Source: Octopus vulgaris
Taxonomy: Eukaryota
DNA: 64,000 nt
Direction: 5' to 3'
Assembly: GCA_951406725.2 (NCBI GenBank)
Contig: OX597841.1
Coordinates: 15,748,001-15,812,000, forward strand
Shown: piece by piece, positions 27,035 through 41,566 of the stretch
How the letters are laid out: every line of letters begins with the position of its first letter
How positions within the stretch are numbered: position 1 is the first letter of the stretch
The notes under the pieces: model-generated
What the model saw: the letters and a program-made list of their open reading frames with translations, nothing else
What the model was told of the DNA's origin: nothing
Databases searched by the model: none
Made by a program: the position numbers and the translations under genes

Positions 27035-27140
27035 GGTATTTTTAAGGGCTGGTGCTTAAATCCGGTTTCACAGAGTTAAGCAGATGCGAGATAAATCTCC
27101 TCTACACCCCCTGGATAGGACGCCAGTCTATCGTAGATAT
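27035..27140 (-). mobile_element. Possible V-SINE-like central domain fragment
   Basis: Minus strand CGATAGACTGGCGTCCTATCCAGGGGG...GAAACCGGATTTAAGC resembles the recalled V-domain consensus. Confidence 0.4.
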
Positions 27141-27248
27141 CATTCGCAGATAATCTGTTCGCGTAAGATGATAATTTTCCAGGTTATTAACCTTATCTTC
27201 ACAGCGTATGTTTGTAATATTTTTTTGATTTTTGTTTCATATGATTTT

Positions 27249-27408
27249 GGGATCTTTTCCTTTTGATGGACGGAATTTCTAGTTAACTAAACAATTTGAA
27301 ACTTCGTATACTGGTAGAATGTGTCAAAAGAAAACATTATTTTCACTTGGCTTCTTTGAGATAATTGTAATTTGTAAGTTTAACGTAGTTTAATTCTTTG
27401 ATTTTTAA
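27249..27408. mobile_element. Partial copy of the GGGATC-TIR MITE
   Basis: Starts GGGATCTTTTC; shares AAACTTCGTATACTGGTAGAATGTGT with the reverse complement of 41840-42005. Confidence 0.7.
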
Positions 27409-27570
27409 CCCCTTACCCGGCAGAAACGAATATATTCGTTTTGACCGAAATCGTTTTTTTCTATCTCTGGCGAGTTAACTCGTCAAAAGATAGACTCGTC
27501 AAAATCGACAGCAAACGAGTTCCTTCGTCTAAAAACGGGTTAACTCGTTTCTGCCCAAAGCGGTAATTTA
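27409..27570. mobile_element. piggyBac-like non-autonomous element end
   Basis: TTAA|CCCCTT terminus, inverted GGCAGAAACGA/TCGTTTCTGCC motif and CGAGTTAACTCG palindrome; other terminus not identified. Confidence 0.45.
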
Positions 27571-27973
27571 AAATCAATATTATTGAATTAAAATTCATAA
27601 TAAATAAGGTTTGAAATATACCTCGAAATCACCATTCAAAACATAGTAAAATAAAACAATTAAAAAATATGTTTGAAAAAATACATTTATTTTCAAAATA
27701 ATTGCCAGCATTTGAGCTGATTTTGTCCCAAACAAGGCTTGAGGCCATTGCAGAGTGAAAAATCTACAAAGAAGGAAAATAAACGAGGCCTACGAATTCA
27801 AAAGATCTCAGTTAACAGAAAGCTAAACCCTTCTCCTGTCCAAAACATATTCATGAGCTTCTGTTTAACGTCCAGCCTTGTTTTCAAAGTTTCAATTAGA
27901 CCTTCTTTCGTATGGAAACCTTCCCTTTCACAAGTCCTGGGCCACTCTGGTGGTTTAAAAACAGTTGGGAATG

Positions 27974-28260
27974 TTTAGTTTTTTTTAGTTAATTAGTTAA
28001 TTTTTTGGCTCAAAAAGCAAAAAAGCAAGGCCATGTAGGGGGACATGGAGTTATGTACAGGGTGGTGTACATGTAAAGAGTTCAGGCCACTTGAGGTCAA
28101 GGGAGACTTTGAACCGAGCGGTCGTCGGCATCTTCACCATCTCGTCCGGCAGCTTATTCCACGGATACGCAACCCGGACGGAGAAAGCCCTTCTCCTTCG
28201 ATTGAGATGAAATCGTCGCAGATAGAGCTTTTCGGAATGACCCCCGCGGCCGACGCTCAG
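27974..28260 (-). mobile_element. CR1-clade LINE 3' end
   Basis: Reverse complement of the 37280-37550 sequence including the TAAC-type tail. Confidence 0.88.
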
Positions 28261-28420
28261 AAGCAGGCATCATATAAAATGCATGGGCGCCAATGAGATA
28301 TGTGTTGTGTATAAAATGGGATACACGAGACAGCTAAAGGTTTAAGATGAGTTTTTATGGAGTCTGATGGGGAATTCGTTAGAGACACGAATGAGTCTTG
28401 TGGATTTGAGACCGGATACA

Positions 28421-28895
<475 letters not shown>

Positions 28896-28919
28896 CATTG
28901 TTCAATATTTCAATATTTG

Positions 28920-29496
28920 AAGGCAGCGAGCTGGCAGAATCGTTAGCACGCCGGGCGAAATGCGTAGCCGTATTTCGTCTGCTGTTACGTTCTGAGTTCA
29001 AATTCCGCCGAGGTCGACTTTGCCTTTCATCCTTTCGAGGTCGATTAAATAAGTACCAGCTACGCACTGGGGTCAATATAATCGACTTAATCCCTTTGTT
29101 TGTCCTTGTTTGTCCTCTCTGTGTTTAGCCCCTTGTGGGCAGTAAAGAAATAGGTATTTCGTCTGTTTTTATGTTCTGAGTTCAAATTCCGCCGAATTCG
29201 ACTTTGCTTTTCATCCTTTCAGGGTCGATAAATTAAGTACCAGTAACGCACTGGGGTCGATGTAATCGACTAAATTCCTTTGTCTGTCCTTGTTTGTCCC
29301 CTCTATGTTTAGCCCCTTGTGGGTAGAAAAGAAATAAAATATTTGAAGGCGGCGAGCTGGCGGAAACGTTAGCACGCCGGGCGAAATGCGTAGCCGTATT
29401 TCGTCTGCCGTTACGTTCTGAGTTCAAATTCCGCCGAGGTCGACTTTGCCTTTCATTCTTTCGGGGTCGATTAAATAATAAGTACCAGTTACGCAC
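28920..29496 (+). mobile_element. SINE family B dimer followed by a second, 3'-truncated copy
   Basis: Heads at ~28921 and ~29347, both preceded by AATATTTGA; junction at 29147. Confidence 0.85.
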
Positions 29497-29640
29497 TTAG
29501 CGGCGCGCGCACGCTGTCCATGTACACGCTGGCACGCGCCAACGGCAGCTGTTGCGTTTGCTGCAAAGAAATTTTCTCAGCGGAAGAATGTACGTTCGGG
29601 TGAATATATATATTTGTTTGTGTGTATGTGTGTGTATTTG

Positions 29641-29876
29641 AAGGTGCGTGGAGTGGTGGTTAGGGGTGTTGGTTCCCACGATCGGAAATTTCTGGTTTCG
29701 TTTCCCACACCGGCGTCGTGTTGAAGCTCTTGGGCAAAAAAGACACACTCCGTTTCACGTTGCCGCGGTTCACTCACCTGTAAATAGTGGTCCCGTTCGA
29801 AAGCTACAACAATGAGAGGAAGAGCATTGTGACCAGCGGTGTATGGTAAAAGTCAGATAGTCTAGTCTATACAGTG

Positions 29877-29880
<4 letters not shown>
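29641..29880 (+). mobile_element. Diverged tRNA-derived SINE (family C-like head, different tail)
   Basis: GGTGCGTGGAGTGGTGGTTAGG, GGTTTCGTTTCCC; tail GCATTGTGACCAGCGGTGT shared with 46570-46708. Confidence 0.55.
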
Positions 29881-29916
<36 letters not shown>

Positions 29917-29976
29917 ACATAAATGTGAAACAAGGTGGAAAAAAGAGTACTCAAATACCAGTGGTAGAGTAATATG

Positions 29977-30086
29977 CTTTATTTAAAGCAGCAGAAAATT
30001 CAACAAAACCTGTTACTCTGAGTTTCACGTTCCCGTAACGTGTTTTGTAACAGGTTTTGTTGAATTTTCTGCTGCTTTAAATAAAG
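29977..30086. repeat. Perfect 40-bp inverted repeat with 30-nt spacer containing a partial hammerhead-like motif
   Basis: 29977-30016 is the reverse complement of 30047-30086; minus strand ACG-ggaa-CGT-GAAA-CTCAGAG-TA. Confidence 0.85.
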
Positions 30087-30093
30087 TATATAT

Positions 30094-30147
<54 letters not shown>

Positions 30148-30171
30148 CTGTATAGACTAGACTCTCTGACT

Positions 30172-30232
<61 letters not shown>

Positions 30233-30269
30233 CGAGAGAGAGAGAGAGAGAGAGAGAGATAGATAGTAT

Positions 30270-30380
<111 letters not shown>

Positions 30381-31072
30381 TAGAGATAGATATGTTTCTT
30401 TATTAGCCACACAAGGCTGACACAAAGGGGACAAATTACAAAGTATATATATATATATATATATCGTTGCTATTATGTTAAACTGTCGTATGTCCAGATT
30501 TGGCGTAATGCGTTTCCGTTTTCTACAATAACCAGTTCTTTAGGTCAAACTGTCGTATCTCCAGCCGCTTTGGATGCCAAGATATCAAAAACTGTCAAAG
30601 TGTAGTACGAAGGTTTTGCTATGGAATGGTGAAACTATTTTTTCGTTTTCGTTTGGATTTACGACACTTTTGCATAATACCAACGATATATATACCAGGT
30701 GGTGCTATTAAGTTAGACATGGCCTGGGCCAATAATGGCCGAAACCTATCAAAGTATCAAAGTATATATGCGTGTGTGTGTGGGGGATGTATAGGTATAT
30801 ATGTATGTATACACATATATGTGTATGTATGTATATATACATATGCATACACACATATATATATATATATATGTATATATCTATGCATACATATATATCT
30901 AAAGATATATATATGTTTATATATATATGTGTGTGTGTATGTGTGTGTGTGTGTGTATGTATATATGTATGTATGTGTGTATGCATGTGTATATATGTAT
31001 ATACATATGTAGACATATATATATATGCATAGATATATGCATATATATATATATATATGTGTGTGTGTATGC

Positions 31073-31105
<33 letters not shown>

Positions 31106-31897
31106 CATATGCGTGTGTGTGTGTATGTATATATATGTATATATATATTACGCGTATGTATATTTATACACACACACACACACAGATATATGCATACATA
31201 TAAATGAATAAAAATATCTAGATAGGTGGATAGATAGATCGCGGGGGAGGGGGAATTGTGCGCGTGCGCGTATGCAGAAGAGATTGATGCAGAAAGCGGA
31301 GTGAATAAATGGATACGTGTACCCCGGCGATTGCGTAGGTTTTGTTTACGGGTATACCTTATGTCTCGAGTCTGCCAGGTGGGAGAAGCGAATTGGCGTC
31401 AGGTCTCACCTGGATGGTGCTGGCGGTGGCGGTGATGTGTCGGGGGGGGGGAAATAGGTGTTGCGTGGTGGGATGCCGCGGGAGAGGTGGGGGTGGGGGT
31501 GGGGAGATGTAATCAGTGAGGCAGGGTAAGTCGGGTGGACTCCAACATCACAAGGGAACCCTTATTTTATTCTTTTTATGTTTTTTTTTTGTTAACAGTC
31601 TGACAGCATTCGCGCCTTAAAATACCTGTTGAGTGGCACGTGCGACCGCTTGTTGTTCCCTTCGATTTCAATGGCTTGTGGAGCGGGTGGAGCGGGTGGC
31701 GGGTCGGGTGGGTGGGGTGGGAGGCACGGTTGGAGGGAAGGAGGGACGCCTTCTGTCAGAGAGACAGCCATTGCCGGGTGCATGCACCCGTTCAACCGCT
31801 GGTGGCGTGGGGTGGATGCGGAATTTCTAAAGCTATTATGCAGGGATGGATGTTTGTATGTATATAGGTATTGTCCATTATTGAGCCGATCTGTGCG

Positions 31898-31974
<77 letters not shown>

Positions 31975-32204
31975 TTATATATTTGTATGTATGTATGTAT
32001 AACATATACATATATAATTGCGTATATATGCTATATATATATATGTGTGTGTGTATGTATGTACATATGCATATATATGTGTATATATACATATGTGTGC
32101 ATAGGTATATGTGCATATATATGTATGCATGTATATATATATAAAGCTATAAATACGTGTGCAAATACGTGCATTTATATATACTTATATATACATACAT
32201 ATGT

Positions 32205-32237
<33 letters not shown>

Positions 32238-32273
32238 CATATGTATGTATATATACCTAATGTATGTGTATAT

Positions 32274-32307
<34 letters not shown>

Positions 32308-32325
32308 TATATATATAAATATATG

Positions 32326-32370
<45 letters not shown>

Positions 32371-32435
32371 TATATTATATGTATGTGCATATGTATTTAT
32401 ATACATCTACCTGTAATGTCTGTAGTATATTTTCT

Positions 32436-32478
<43 letters not shown>

Positions 32479-32829
32479 GGCCCAACAGATTCACATACAT
32501 ACAAAAGGTGACAAAACGGCCGACTAAACACCAAAACAAAAAAAAACGAAAAAAAAAAAAACAAAAACAAAACGCAAAGAAACCACCCGTTTAATACCCT
32601 TCTTTTCAAACGACAAGGGACTCTTTTTTTATTCTTCATTTAAAAAAAAAACAGTTTTTTTTTTTTTTATTTTATTTTATTTTATTTTATTTTTTTTATT
32701 GTATTTATTCGTTGCAAGCTTTTTGCAGTGTTTTCTTCTTTGTCAGTTTTTTGTATTTTCTTCTTCTTCGCAATAGACACCCACATATAGATACCAACAT
32801 ACATACATGCATGCATACATACATACCTC

Positions 32830-32916
<87 letters not shown>

Positions 32917-32920
32917 CATA

Positions 32921-32973
<53 letters not shown>

Positions 32974-32977
32974 CATT

Positions 32978-33072
<95 letters not shown>

Positions 33073-33197
33073 TATTAATCTATTAATTTATATTTATAAA
33101 TTTTTCTTTTTTTTAATATTTATTTTTTTATATTTTTTATTTATTAAATATATATAACTATCAAAGAGTATTAAAAAGTTTAATATAAGATAAAAAG

Positions 33198-33230
<33 letters not shown>

Positions 33231-33599
33231 GTATATATATACATATATATATATGTATATGTATGTGTATATAATTAAATTCACACACACACACATTTGC
33301 ATATATATATGTATACACATGTATACGTTTTATTCATATACATTTTACAGGAAATAAAGTAAAACTTGAACCCAGAATAGCTTAGCACTCGTGGGGCCGG
33401 TTGCCCATTTTCCGTGGCAAAGAAGTAACCAAGATAAAAGCGCAGCTGAGTGGCCTGGAGCAACGTGAAATGAAGTGTTTTGCTCAAGAACCGAACGCAC
33501 CGCCTGTTTCGAGAAGTGAAAACGCGATCTATCGTTCGTGAGTGCAACATGCTAACCACCAGGCCACGGGCGTTCAAGGAAGGAAGATTCGCAGACTGT

Positions 33600-34465
33600 A
33601 AATAAAAGCGAGGGAGAAACAAGAAGGAATAAGAGAGGGGGAGAGAGGGAGAGACAGAGAGGCGGAAAGAGAGAGACGGAGGGAGAGAGAGAGAGAGAGA
33701 GAGACATCACTACAGAGAAAGAGATGGAGAGGGAGAGAGAAATTAAGAAAGATAGAGAAACGAGATAGAATATAAATGAGAGGCATATTAAATGAGAGAG
33801 AGAAAGAGAGAGAGAGAGAAATACCAATTGAGATGTATATATATCAAGAGAGGGATGCGAAGAAAGAATGGGAGAGATTGATGGAGCGAAAGAGAGATTG
33901 CTCCATAGCAAATCATATGAAGGAGAAAAGAGAGAGAGAGAGATTGCGAGACAGAGAGAGAGACTAGAAACATACCGAAAGAGAGAGAGAGAGAGTGGGA
34001 GAGAGAAACATGAACGGAGAGAGAGAGAGGTGGAATTGAGTTGAGCTAATGGAGAGAAGGAGACGAAGAAAGAAGTGAGACTACAGTGGAAGAGAGGGGG
34101 AAAGGGAGAGAGAGAGAGAGGCTGAATGTAAGAAAAAGAAAGTAGAAAAAAGGGAGAGTATGAGTGAGAGAGAAATACAGAGAAAGAAATATACCGAGAG
34201 AGAGAGAGAGACAGACAGAGACAGAGAAATATAGCAATACAGAGAGAGAGAGTGAGAGAGAGAGAAAACGTATCAAGAACCATACCAATAAGGAGAGAGG
34301 GGGACAGAGTGACAGAGAGAGAGAGAGATAGACGGAGTGAGTGTCAAAGAGCGTAAGAGAGTGAGACATAGCAATAGGTTGCAGGGAGAGAGAGAGAGAT
34401 ACCAATAAAGGGAGGAAGAGAGACATGCAAGAAGAGGGACAAAGAGAGACATACTAATAAAGAGA

Positions 34466-34512
<47 letters not shown>

Positions 34513-34700
34513 AGAAAGAACGATAAAGAGTCTAACAGAGCGGAAGAGAGGTTAAATAAAAGCGAGGGGGGATAGAGAGTGTATAAGAACAAGGGCGAGA
34601 CAGAAAGAGAGAGAGAGAGAGAGAAGGGGGGGAGGGTAGAAAGAGACAGAGACAGAGACAGAGACACATAGACAGACAGACAGACAGACAGGGAGAGAGA
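33600..34700. repeat. Degenerate (GA)n polypurine tract, ~1.1 kb
   Basis: Directly visible. Confidence 0.9.
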
Positions 34701-35217
34701 AATGGGTGAGGAAGAAAGAGGTGTTGGCGCAGGGAAGAAAGGTGAGGGACACGTCATTGGGTTGGCACATCTGGAACATCTTAGAATACATGGCACCAGT
34801 CTTCTTCTTTTTCTTTTTCTTTTTCTCTTTTTTTTTATCAATGACTGTGATATGGTAAATACCCAGAAGGCAGAGAAATATCATTCAATGCTGGTACACA
34901 GCGTGGAGGCACAGCAGAAACAGCGCTTGTATTCGCAACGTGTGAGTGTATATATATATATATATGTTAATAAAATAGAACATATGCATGTATATAAACA
35001 TATATGTACGTACCTACCTCTACATGTACATATACACGCATATATGTGTACAGGACACCAAAAAGACGTCGAACACATAGAGAGACGAAAAACATAGACA
35101 CAAACCAAGGAACAAGACAGGCAAAAAAAAAGAAAGATACAGGACAATAAGCACAACGAAAAATCCCCTTCTTCAGTCGCTAAGGTTTCATCTACTAAAC
35201 GTTTCGAAGGATAAAAG

Positions 35218-35269
<52 letters not shown>

Positions 35270-35271
35270 AT

Positions 35272-35304
<33 letters not shown>

Positions 35305-35312
35305 CATATATA

Positions 35313-35375
<63 letters not shown>

Positions 35376-35386
35376 GCATATATATA

Positions 35387-35432
<46 letters not shown>

Positions 35433-35469
35433 AGTGAATAGTATTTATACACTAAGACGCGACCCTATA

Positions 35470-35737
35470 TACTCTTTTACTTTTTTACTCTTTTACTTGT
35501 TTCAGTCATTTGTTGTCAAGCGATGCTAGGGGGACAAACACAGACACACAAACACACACACATACATATATACGACAGGCTTCTTTCAAGTTTCCGTCTA
35601 CCAAATCCACCCACAAGGCATTGGTCGGCCCGGGGCTATAGCAGAAGACACTTGCCCAAGGTGCCACGCAGTGGGACTGAACCAGGAACCATGTGGTTGG
35701 TTAGCAAGCTACTTACCACACAGCCACTCACTGCGCT
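35470..35737 (-). mobile_element. SINE family A with internal deletion
   Basis: Family A homology. Confidence 0.82.
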
Positions 35738-35759
35738 ATATATATATATATATATATAT

Positions 35760-36530
35760 ATTTTGTACTCTATGCACAAGACCAAGACATTTTGGGGGAA
35801 GGACCAGTCGATTAGATCAACCCCAGTATGCAACTGGTACTTAATTGGTCGACCCCGAAAGGATGAAGACACTTGCAAATTGCCTCGGCAGGAAATTGAA
35901 CTTAGAACGTAGCGGCAGACGAAATACCTATTTCTTTACTGCCCACAAGGGGCTTAAACACAGAGAGGACAAACAAGGACAGACAAACGGATTAAGTCGA
36001 TTATATCGACCCCCAGTGCGTAACTGGTACTTATTTAATCGACCCCGAAAGGATGAAAGGCAAAGTCGACCTCGGTGGAATTTGAACTCAGAACGTAAAG
36101 ACAGACGAAATACCTATTTCTTTACTACCCACAAGGAGCTAAACACAGAGGGGACAAACAAGGACAGAGAAACGAATTAAGTCGATTATATCGACCCCAG
36201 TGCGTAACTGGTACTTAATTTATCGACCCCGAAAGGATGAAAGACAGACAAACGAAAAGTCGACCTCGGAGGAATTAGAACTCAGAACGTAGCGGCAGAC
36301 GAAATACCGCTAAGCATTTCGCCCGGCGTGCTAACATTTCTGCCAGCTCGCCGCCTTAAAAATATATTCTTTTCTACTCTAGGCACAAGGCCAGAAATTT
36401 TTGAGGAGGGACTCAGCTGATTAGATCGACCCCAGTACGCAACTGGTACTTAATTTATCGATCCCGAAAGGTTGAAAGGCAAAGTCGATCTCGGTGGAAG
36501 TTGAACATTTCTACCATCTCGACACCTTGA
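35760..36530 (-). mobile_element. SINE family B array (3 modules, last with alternative tail) plus a second alternative-tail copy
   Basis: Junctions at 35921 and 36107; head at 36301-36357. Confidence 0.82.
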
Positions 36531-36577
36531 TCAAACCGCGTATTGTTTAATTTACATGGTCCGATAAAGTAAGAAAT

Positions 36578-36749
36578 AGGCACAGGAGTGGCTGTGTGGT
36601 AAGTAGCTTGCTAACCAACCACATGGTTCCGGGTTCAGTCCCACTGCGTGGTACTTTGGGCAAGTGTCTTCTGCTATAGCCCCGGGCCGACCAATGCCTT
36701 GTGAGTGGATTTGGTAGACGGAAACTGAAAGAAGCCGTATATATATGTC

Positions 36750-36784
<35 letters not shown>

Positions 36785-37008
36785 TGTGTGTGTTTGTGTG
36801 TCTGTGTTTGTCCCCCTAGCATTGCTTGACAACCGATGCTGGTGTGTTTACGTCCCCGTTACTTAGCGGTTCGGCAAAAGAGACTGATAGAATAAGTACT
36901 GGGCTTACAAAAAGAATAAGTCCCGTGGTCGAGTTGCTCGATTAAAGGCGGTGCTCCAGCATGGCCGCAGTCAAAATGACTGAAACAAGTAAAAGAGTGA
37001 AAGAGTAA
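36578..37008 (+). mobile_element. SINE family A, full length
   Basis: Family A head, body and tail. Confidence 0.88.
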
Positions 37009-37104
37009 ATGTGAGGTAGATGAAGTGAAAAGTGCCAGTGGAAGAGGAGATCTTGAAGTGCAAGGGAAGATGACGAGGCCAGACCCGTTAAGAAAACCAA
37101 TGTC

Positions 37105-37551
37105 CTGGCTACCCGCATGGTTCTTGGTCTCAAGAATTTGTCCTACGAAGAAAGGCTGAGGACGCTCGACCTTTATTCTCTAGAAAAACGCCGCCGCCGT
37201 CGTGATCTCATTCTCGCCCACAACATCATAAGCGGGAAGTGTAACCTCTCGAAGGAGCTGTTCTTCACTCCTGCTCCAGAGCGTCGGCTGCGGGGTCACT
37301 CCGAAAAGCTCTATCTGCGACGATTTCATCTCAATCGAAGGAGAAGTGTTTTCTCCGTCCGGGTTGCGGATCCGTGGAATAAGCTGCCGGACGAGATGGT
37401 GAAGATGCCGACGACCGCTTTATTCAAAGCCTCCCTGGACCTCAAGTGGCCTGAACTCTTTACATGAACACCACCCTGTACATAACTCCATGTCCCCTTA
37501 CATGGCCTTGCTATTTGCTTTTGAGCCAAATTAACTAACTAACTAACTAAC
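37105..37551 (+). mobile_element. CR1-clade LINE 3' end (ORF2 C-terminus, 3' UTR, (TAAC)n tail)
   Basis: GLKNLSYEERLRTLDLYSLEKRRRRRDLI...RGHSEKL....RRSVFSVRVADPWNKLP..V....FKASLD, the hallmark CR1 ORF2 C-terminus. Confidence 0.92.
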
Positions 37552-37554
37552 ACG

Positions 37555-38560
37555 TTAGGACCTAATTTGGGACCCACAGTGGAAGCAGAAGAGAGGACGC
37601 CTTAAACATAGCTGAAGGTGGGATGCTGAGGCAGAGATGAAAATTCGGGGATCAAACTGGAGAGAAACAGGGACGACCGCCAAGAGTCGAGGACAGTGGA
37701 GAAAAGTTGTCGACGGGTTACGCTTCGTAGCTGGGGCTGCCTGCTGGAGCCTATGCGGCAGGTATTTAAAGGGAGAAATTTGACAAGACAGTCAGTCACC
37801 GGCTGACACTCGCTGACGATACATCGAAGAGGCCAGGGAACAGAAGAAAGAAGAAGAAAGAAGACATGCCACCCAACACCAGAGCTGAAGACATCTCCGA
37901 AAGGGGGGCCCCGCCACGTCATAACGGTAGAGGAATAGGGGCCGAAACCGGACGTGGTTCCTCCTGATGATGTCTTGAGCTAACTGGATCCTATAAAGGA
38001 GCTGTTGTGGTAGCAGACCACGAACCACGGTTGTAATTCCTCCGAAAGGCTTAAGTAGGAAGGGTGAGTCTTCAAGAGTGTATGATGCCTTCATCTAGAC
38101 AGTCACTGTCACCTTCTGTCACTCGCAAATGACGATACATCGAAGAGGCCGCTGAATGATCTTCAAGGCAGAGAAAAGCCATCAATGGCCTTTGCTCCAT
38201 AGCCAAAGGAGTGGCTTAGGTTAGAAGAGTGAGTCCACAAAAAGTCTTTGTGAAGAGGACCTGAAAAGACGGTCTACAGCTGAGAATAGTGGAGAAACGT
38301 CGTTGGTGACTTTTGCCTCTTATCAAGCAAAGGGCTTAAATAAATAAGGGTCCACAAGAGTGTATGTTGCCTTCGATTCAGCTCACTGTACCTTCTCTCT
38401 TTTCTGGCAAATGAATCATAATTGTCCATTGAATGATCGCTAGGGAGAGCTGAACAATCAGGGATCCAACTGGAGAGGAACAGAGAAGAGTGTCTGGAGT
38501 AGGGAGCAGTCGTCGATGGTCTAAACTCCACAGGGATCAAAGGGCTTAAGGGAGTAAAGA
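37555..38560 (+). pseudogene. Decayed RTE-clade LINE fragments (two C-terminal/3' ends plus other LINE-like sequence)
   Basis: LIWDPQWKQKRGRLK...W..E.EMK..G.NW......SRGQWRKVVDGL matches the RTE W.P.G.R.RGRP...W...A.DR..WR motif; related copy at ~38455-38550. Confidence 0.6.
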
Positions 38561-38565
38561 TATAT

Positions 38566-38992
38566 ATGTATGTATGTATGAATGTATGTATGTATGTTTG
38601 TACGTACGTATGTATGTATATACGTATGTATGTATGTATGTTTGTATGTATGTACGTATGTACGTACGTATGTATGTATGTACGTATGTATGTATGTGTG
38701 TATGTGTGTATGTATGGATGTATGTATCTATACATGTATGTTTGTATGTATGTATGCATGTATGTGTGTATGTGTGTATGTATGTATGTATGTGTGTATG
38801 TATGTATGTATGTGTGTATGTATGTATCTATACATGTATGTTTGTATGTATGTATGCATGTATGTGTGTATGTATGTATGTATGTATGTATGTATGTATG
38901 TATGTATGTATGTATGTATGTGTATGTATGTATGTATGTATGTATGTATGTATGTATGTATGTGTGTGTATGTATGTATGTATGTATGTATG

Positions 38993-39023
<31 letters not shown>

Positions 39024-39520
39024 TGTATGTATGTACGTACGTATGTATGTATGTACGTACGTACGTATGTATGTAAGTATGTATGTATGTTTGTGTGTAT
39101 GTATGTATGAATGTATGTATGTATGTATGTATGTATGTATGTGTGTATGTATGTGTGTATGTATGTATGAATGTATGTACGTATGTATGTATGTATGTAT
39201 GTATGTATGTATGTATGTATGTATGTATGTATGTATGTATGTATGTTTGTATGTATGTGTATGTCAGTCACTGTCTGTCTGTATGTATGTACTTGTGTGT
39301 ATGTATGTATGTTTGTTTGTATGTATGTATCTACGCATGCATGTATATATGTTTGTATGTATGTATGAATCCATGTATGTTTGTATGTATGTATGTATGT
39401 ATGTATGTACCTACGTATATACATATACTTGTATGTGTGTATGCATGAATGTGTGTATTTATGTATATATGCTTGTACATACGTATGCGCGTATGCATGT
39501 ATGTACGTACGTATGTATAT
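38566..39520. repeat. Degenerate (TATG)n tract
   Basis: Directly visible. Confidence 0.95.
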
Positions 39521-40207
39521 TTCATCGTATTTATGCAAATAAGTGAGCAGGGAAACGCGACAAAATATACACGAGTGTATATATACATATATATATATAT
39601 ATAGCCCCGTATACACACATGAATATATAATTTAGGTTATGTGAGATTGGGGGCAAACAAACGTAAGGTCTTCAAACGGAGAAACCAAATGCGTGTATAT
39701 AATTGTATGTACATGTGCAAGAGTGTGTATAATACATCCGTGTATATGTGTATATGTGTCTGTGTGCGTACGTGCCTGTCTGCGTGTATAATTGGGGCTT
39801 GCATAAGAAAGAGCAGAGAAGCGCTATCGCTAAAAAAATACAAGACAGCTACCATTTTGTATAAATATATATACATACACACACACACACACACATATAT
39901 ACACATATATATATATATATTGTTTTAGCGTGTGTATACGTCTGGTTTACGTAAGGAATTAGAAAAGGAACGGGACGGTAGTATTGAAGATGTAAGAAGG
40001 AATGGGTGTATATATAGGTATGTGTTTATGTATGCTGTGTTGTATTGATGTGTGTATGTGTGTGTGTCCTGACTGCATGCGTAATATGCAGATTGTATAT
40101 ACAGCTTGCTTTAGTCTGTGAGCAGACGACAGACGAAGGGGACACAGAATGTCTTAAAGAAAGCGAAAAGAAAAACACACACATATAGATATATACATAC
40201 ATTAACT

Positions 40208-40238
<31 letters not shown>

Positions 40239-40375
40239 TATACACACCACACATCAAGTAAAATATATACAAAAAAGAAAATATCTTAAGTATGGTCCGG
40301 GAAGGAATGCTTGGCCTCGAATTTGATACCAGTTGACAAGAATCGGCACGCGACATTTTGGCGTGTGCATTTATC

Positions 40376-40409
<34 letters not shown>

Positions 40410-40517
40410 TGTATGTATGTATGTATGTATGTATGTATGTATGTATGTATGTATGTATGTATGTATGTATGTATGTATGTATGTATGTATGTATGCATAT
40501 ATATCTGTACGCGTGCA

Positions 40518-40555
<38 letters not shown>

Positions 40556-40614
40556 GTCTGTCTGGCACACTCTCTATCCATTTTCTCCTCCCCTCTCAGT
40601 ATATATGTGTATAT

Positions 40615-40768
<154 letters not shown>

Positions 40769-40946
40769 GCACACACAGATGTTTTTATGTGTGTTTGTGT
40801 GTGAGTGTGTATTTGACGTGTCATTAATTTAACAAGCGGAATGTGTTGCCGATTATAAAAATATACACATACATATATATATATACATTACAGTATCGGG
40901 TGTATATATAAAGAGACATACATATACATACATTTGTGTGAGAGAG

Positions 40947-40982
<36 letters not shown>

Positions 40983-41033
40983 TGTGTGTCTGTTTAAATA
41001 TATATGTATATATATATATGTGTGTGTGTGTGT

Positions 41034-41085
<52 letters not shown>

Positions 41086-41293
41086 ATGTATTTATATATG
41101 TATATATGGATATATGTATGTATAGTAAATCTTTAAATATATATAAACGTGTCCCAAAGGGAGACGAGTGTACCGGGGTTGGACGGCGTGGAGTCTAAGA
41201 CGATCAGCCTGGAATCTTGGTAAGAAGGACAAGGAGAGTGTGTGTGGGTGGGGGTAGAGATAAGGAGAGACAGACTAGGAAAGAGAGGAAGAG

Positions 41294-41340
<47 letters not shown>

Positions 41341-41566
41341 GAGACAGAGAGACAGAGAGAGAGAAAGTGATTTAAATGTGTAGGGGACAGAGAGAGAGAG
41401 AGAGATGTGTGGAGAGGAAGCGATGACTGTATGATGTGTGAAAGAAAGAGAAAGAGAAACAGAGGTAGAAAAAAAACAAAATGGTTCTCCGTCGGTTGCG
41501 ACGAGCTTTCCAGCTTGGTCAGGTGAGATTCAGCATGGTAGAGCGTGACAAGGCTGGTCCATTTTT

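Noticed and set aside
27790-27975. ~58-codon minus-strand open frame (TFPTVFKPPEWPRT...)
   Set aside because: No motif recognised, no splice support, and it lies among transposon debris
31315-31415. Two short hairpins considered as pre-miRNA
   Set aside because: Stems of about 10 bp or less with large loops; no match to conserved miRNAs I can recall
37495-37551. CR1 3' UTR as mobilising partner of SINE A (shared CATGGCC)
   Set aside because: Only a 7-nt match and the tails differ; insufficient evidence
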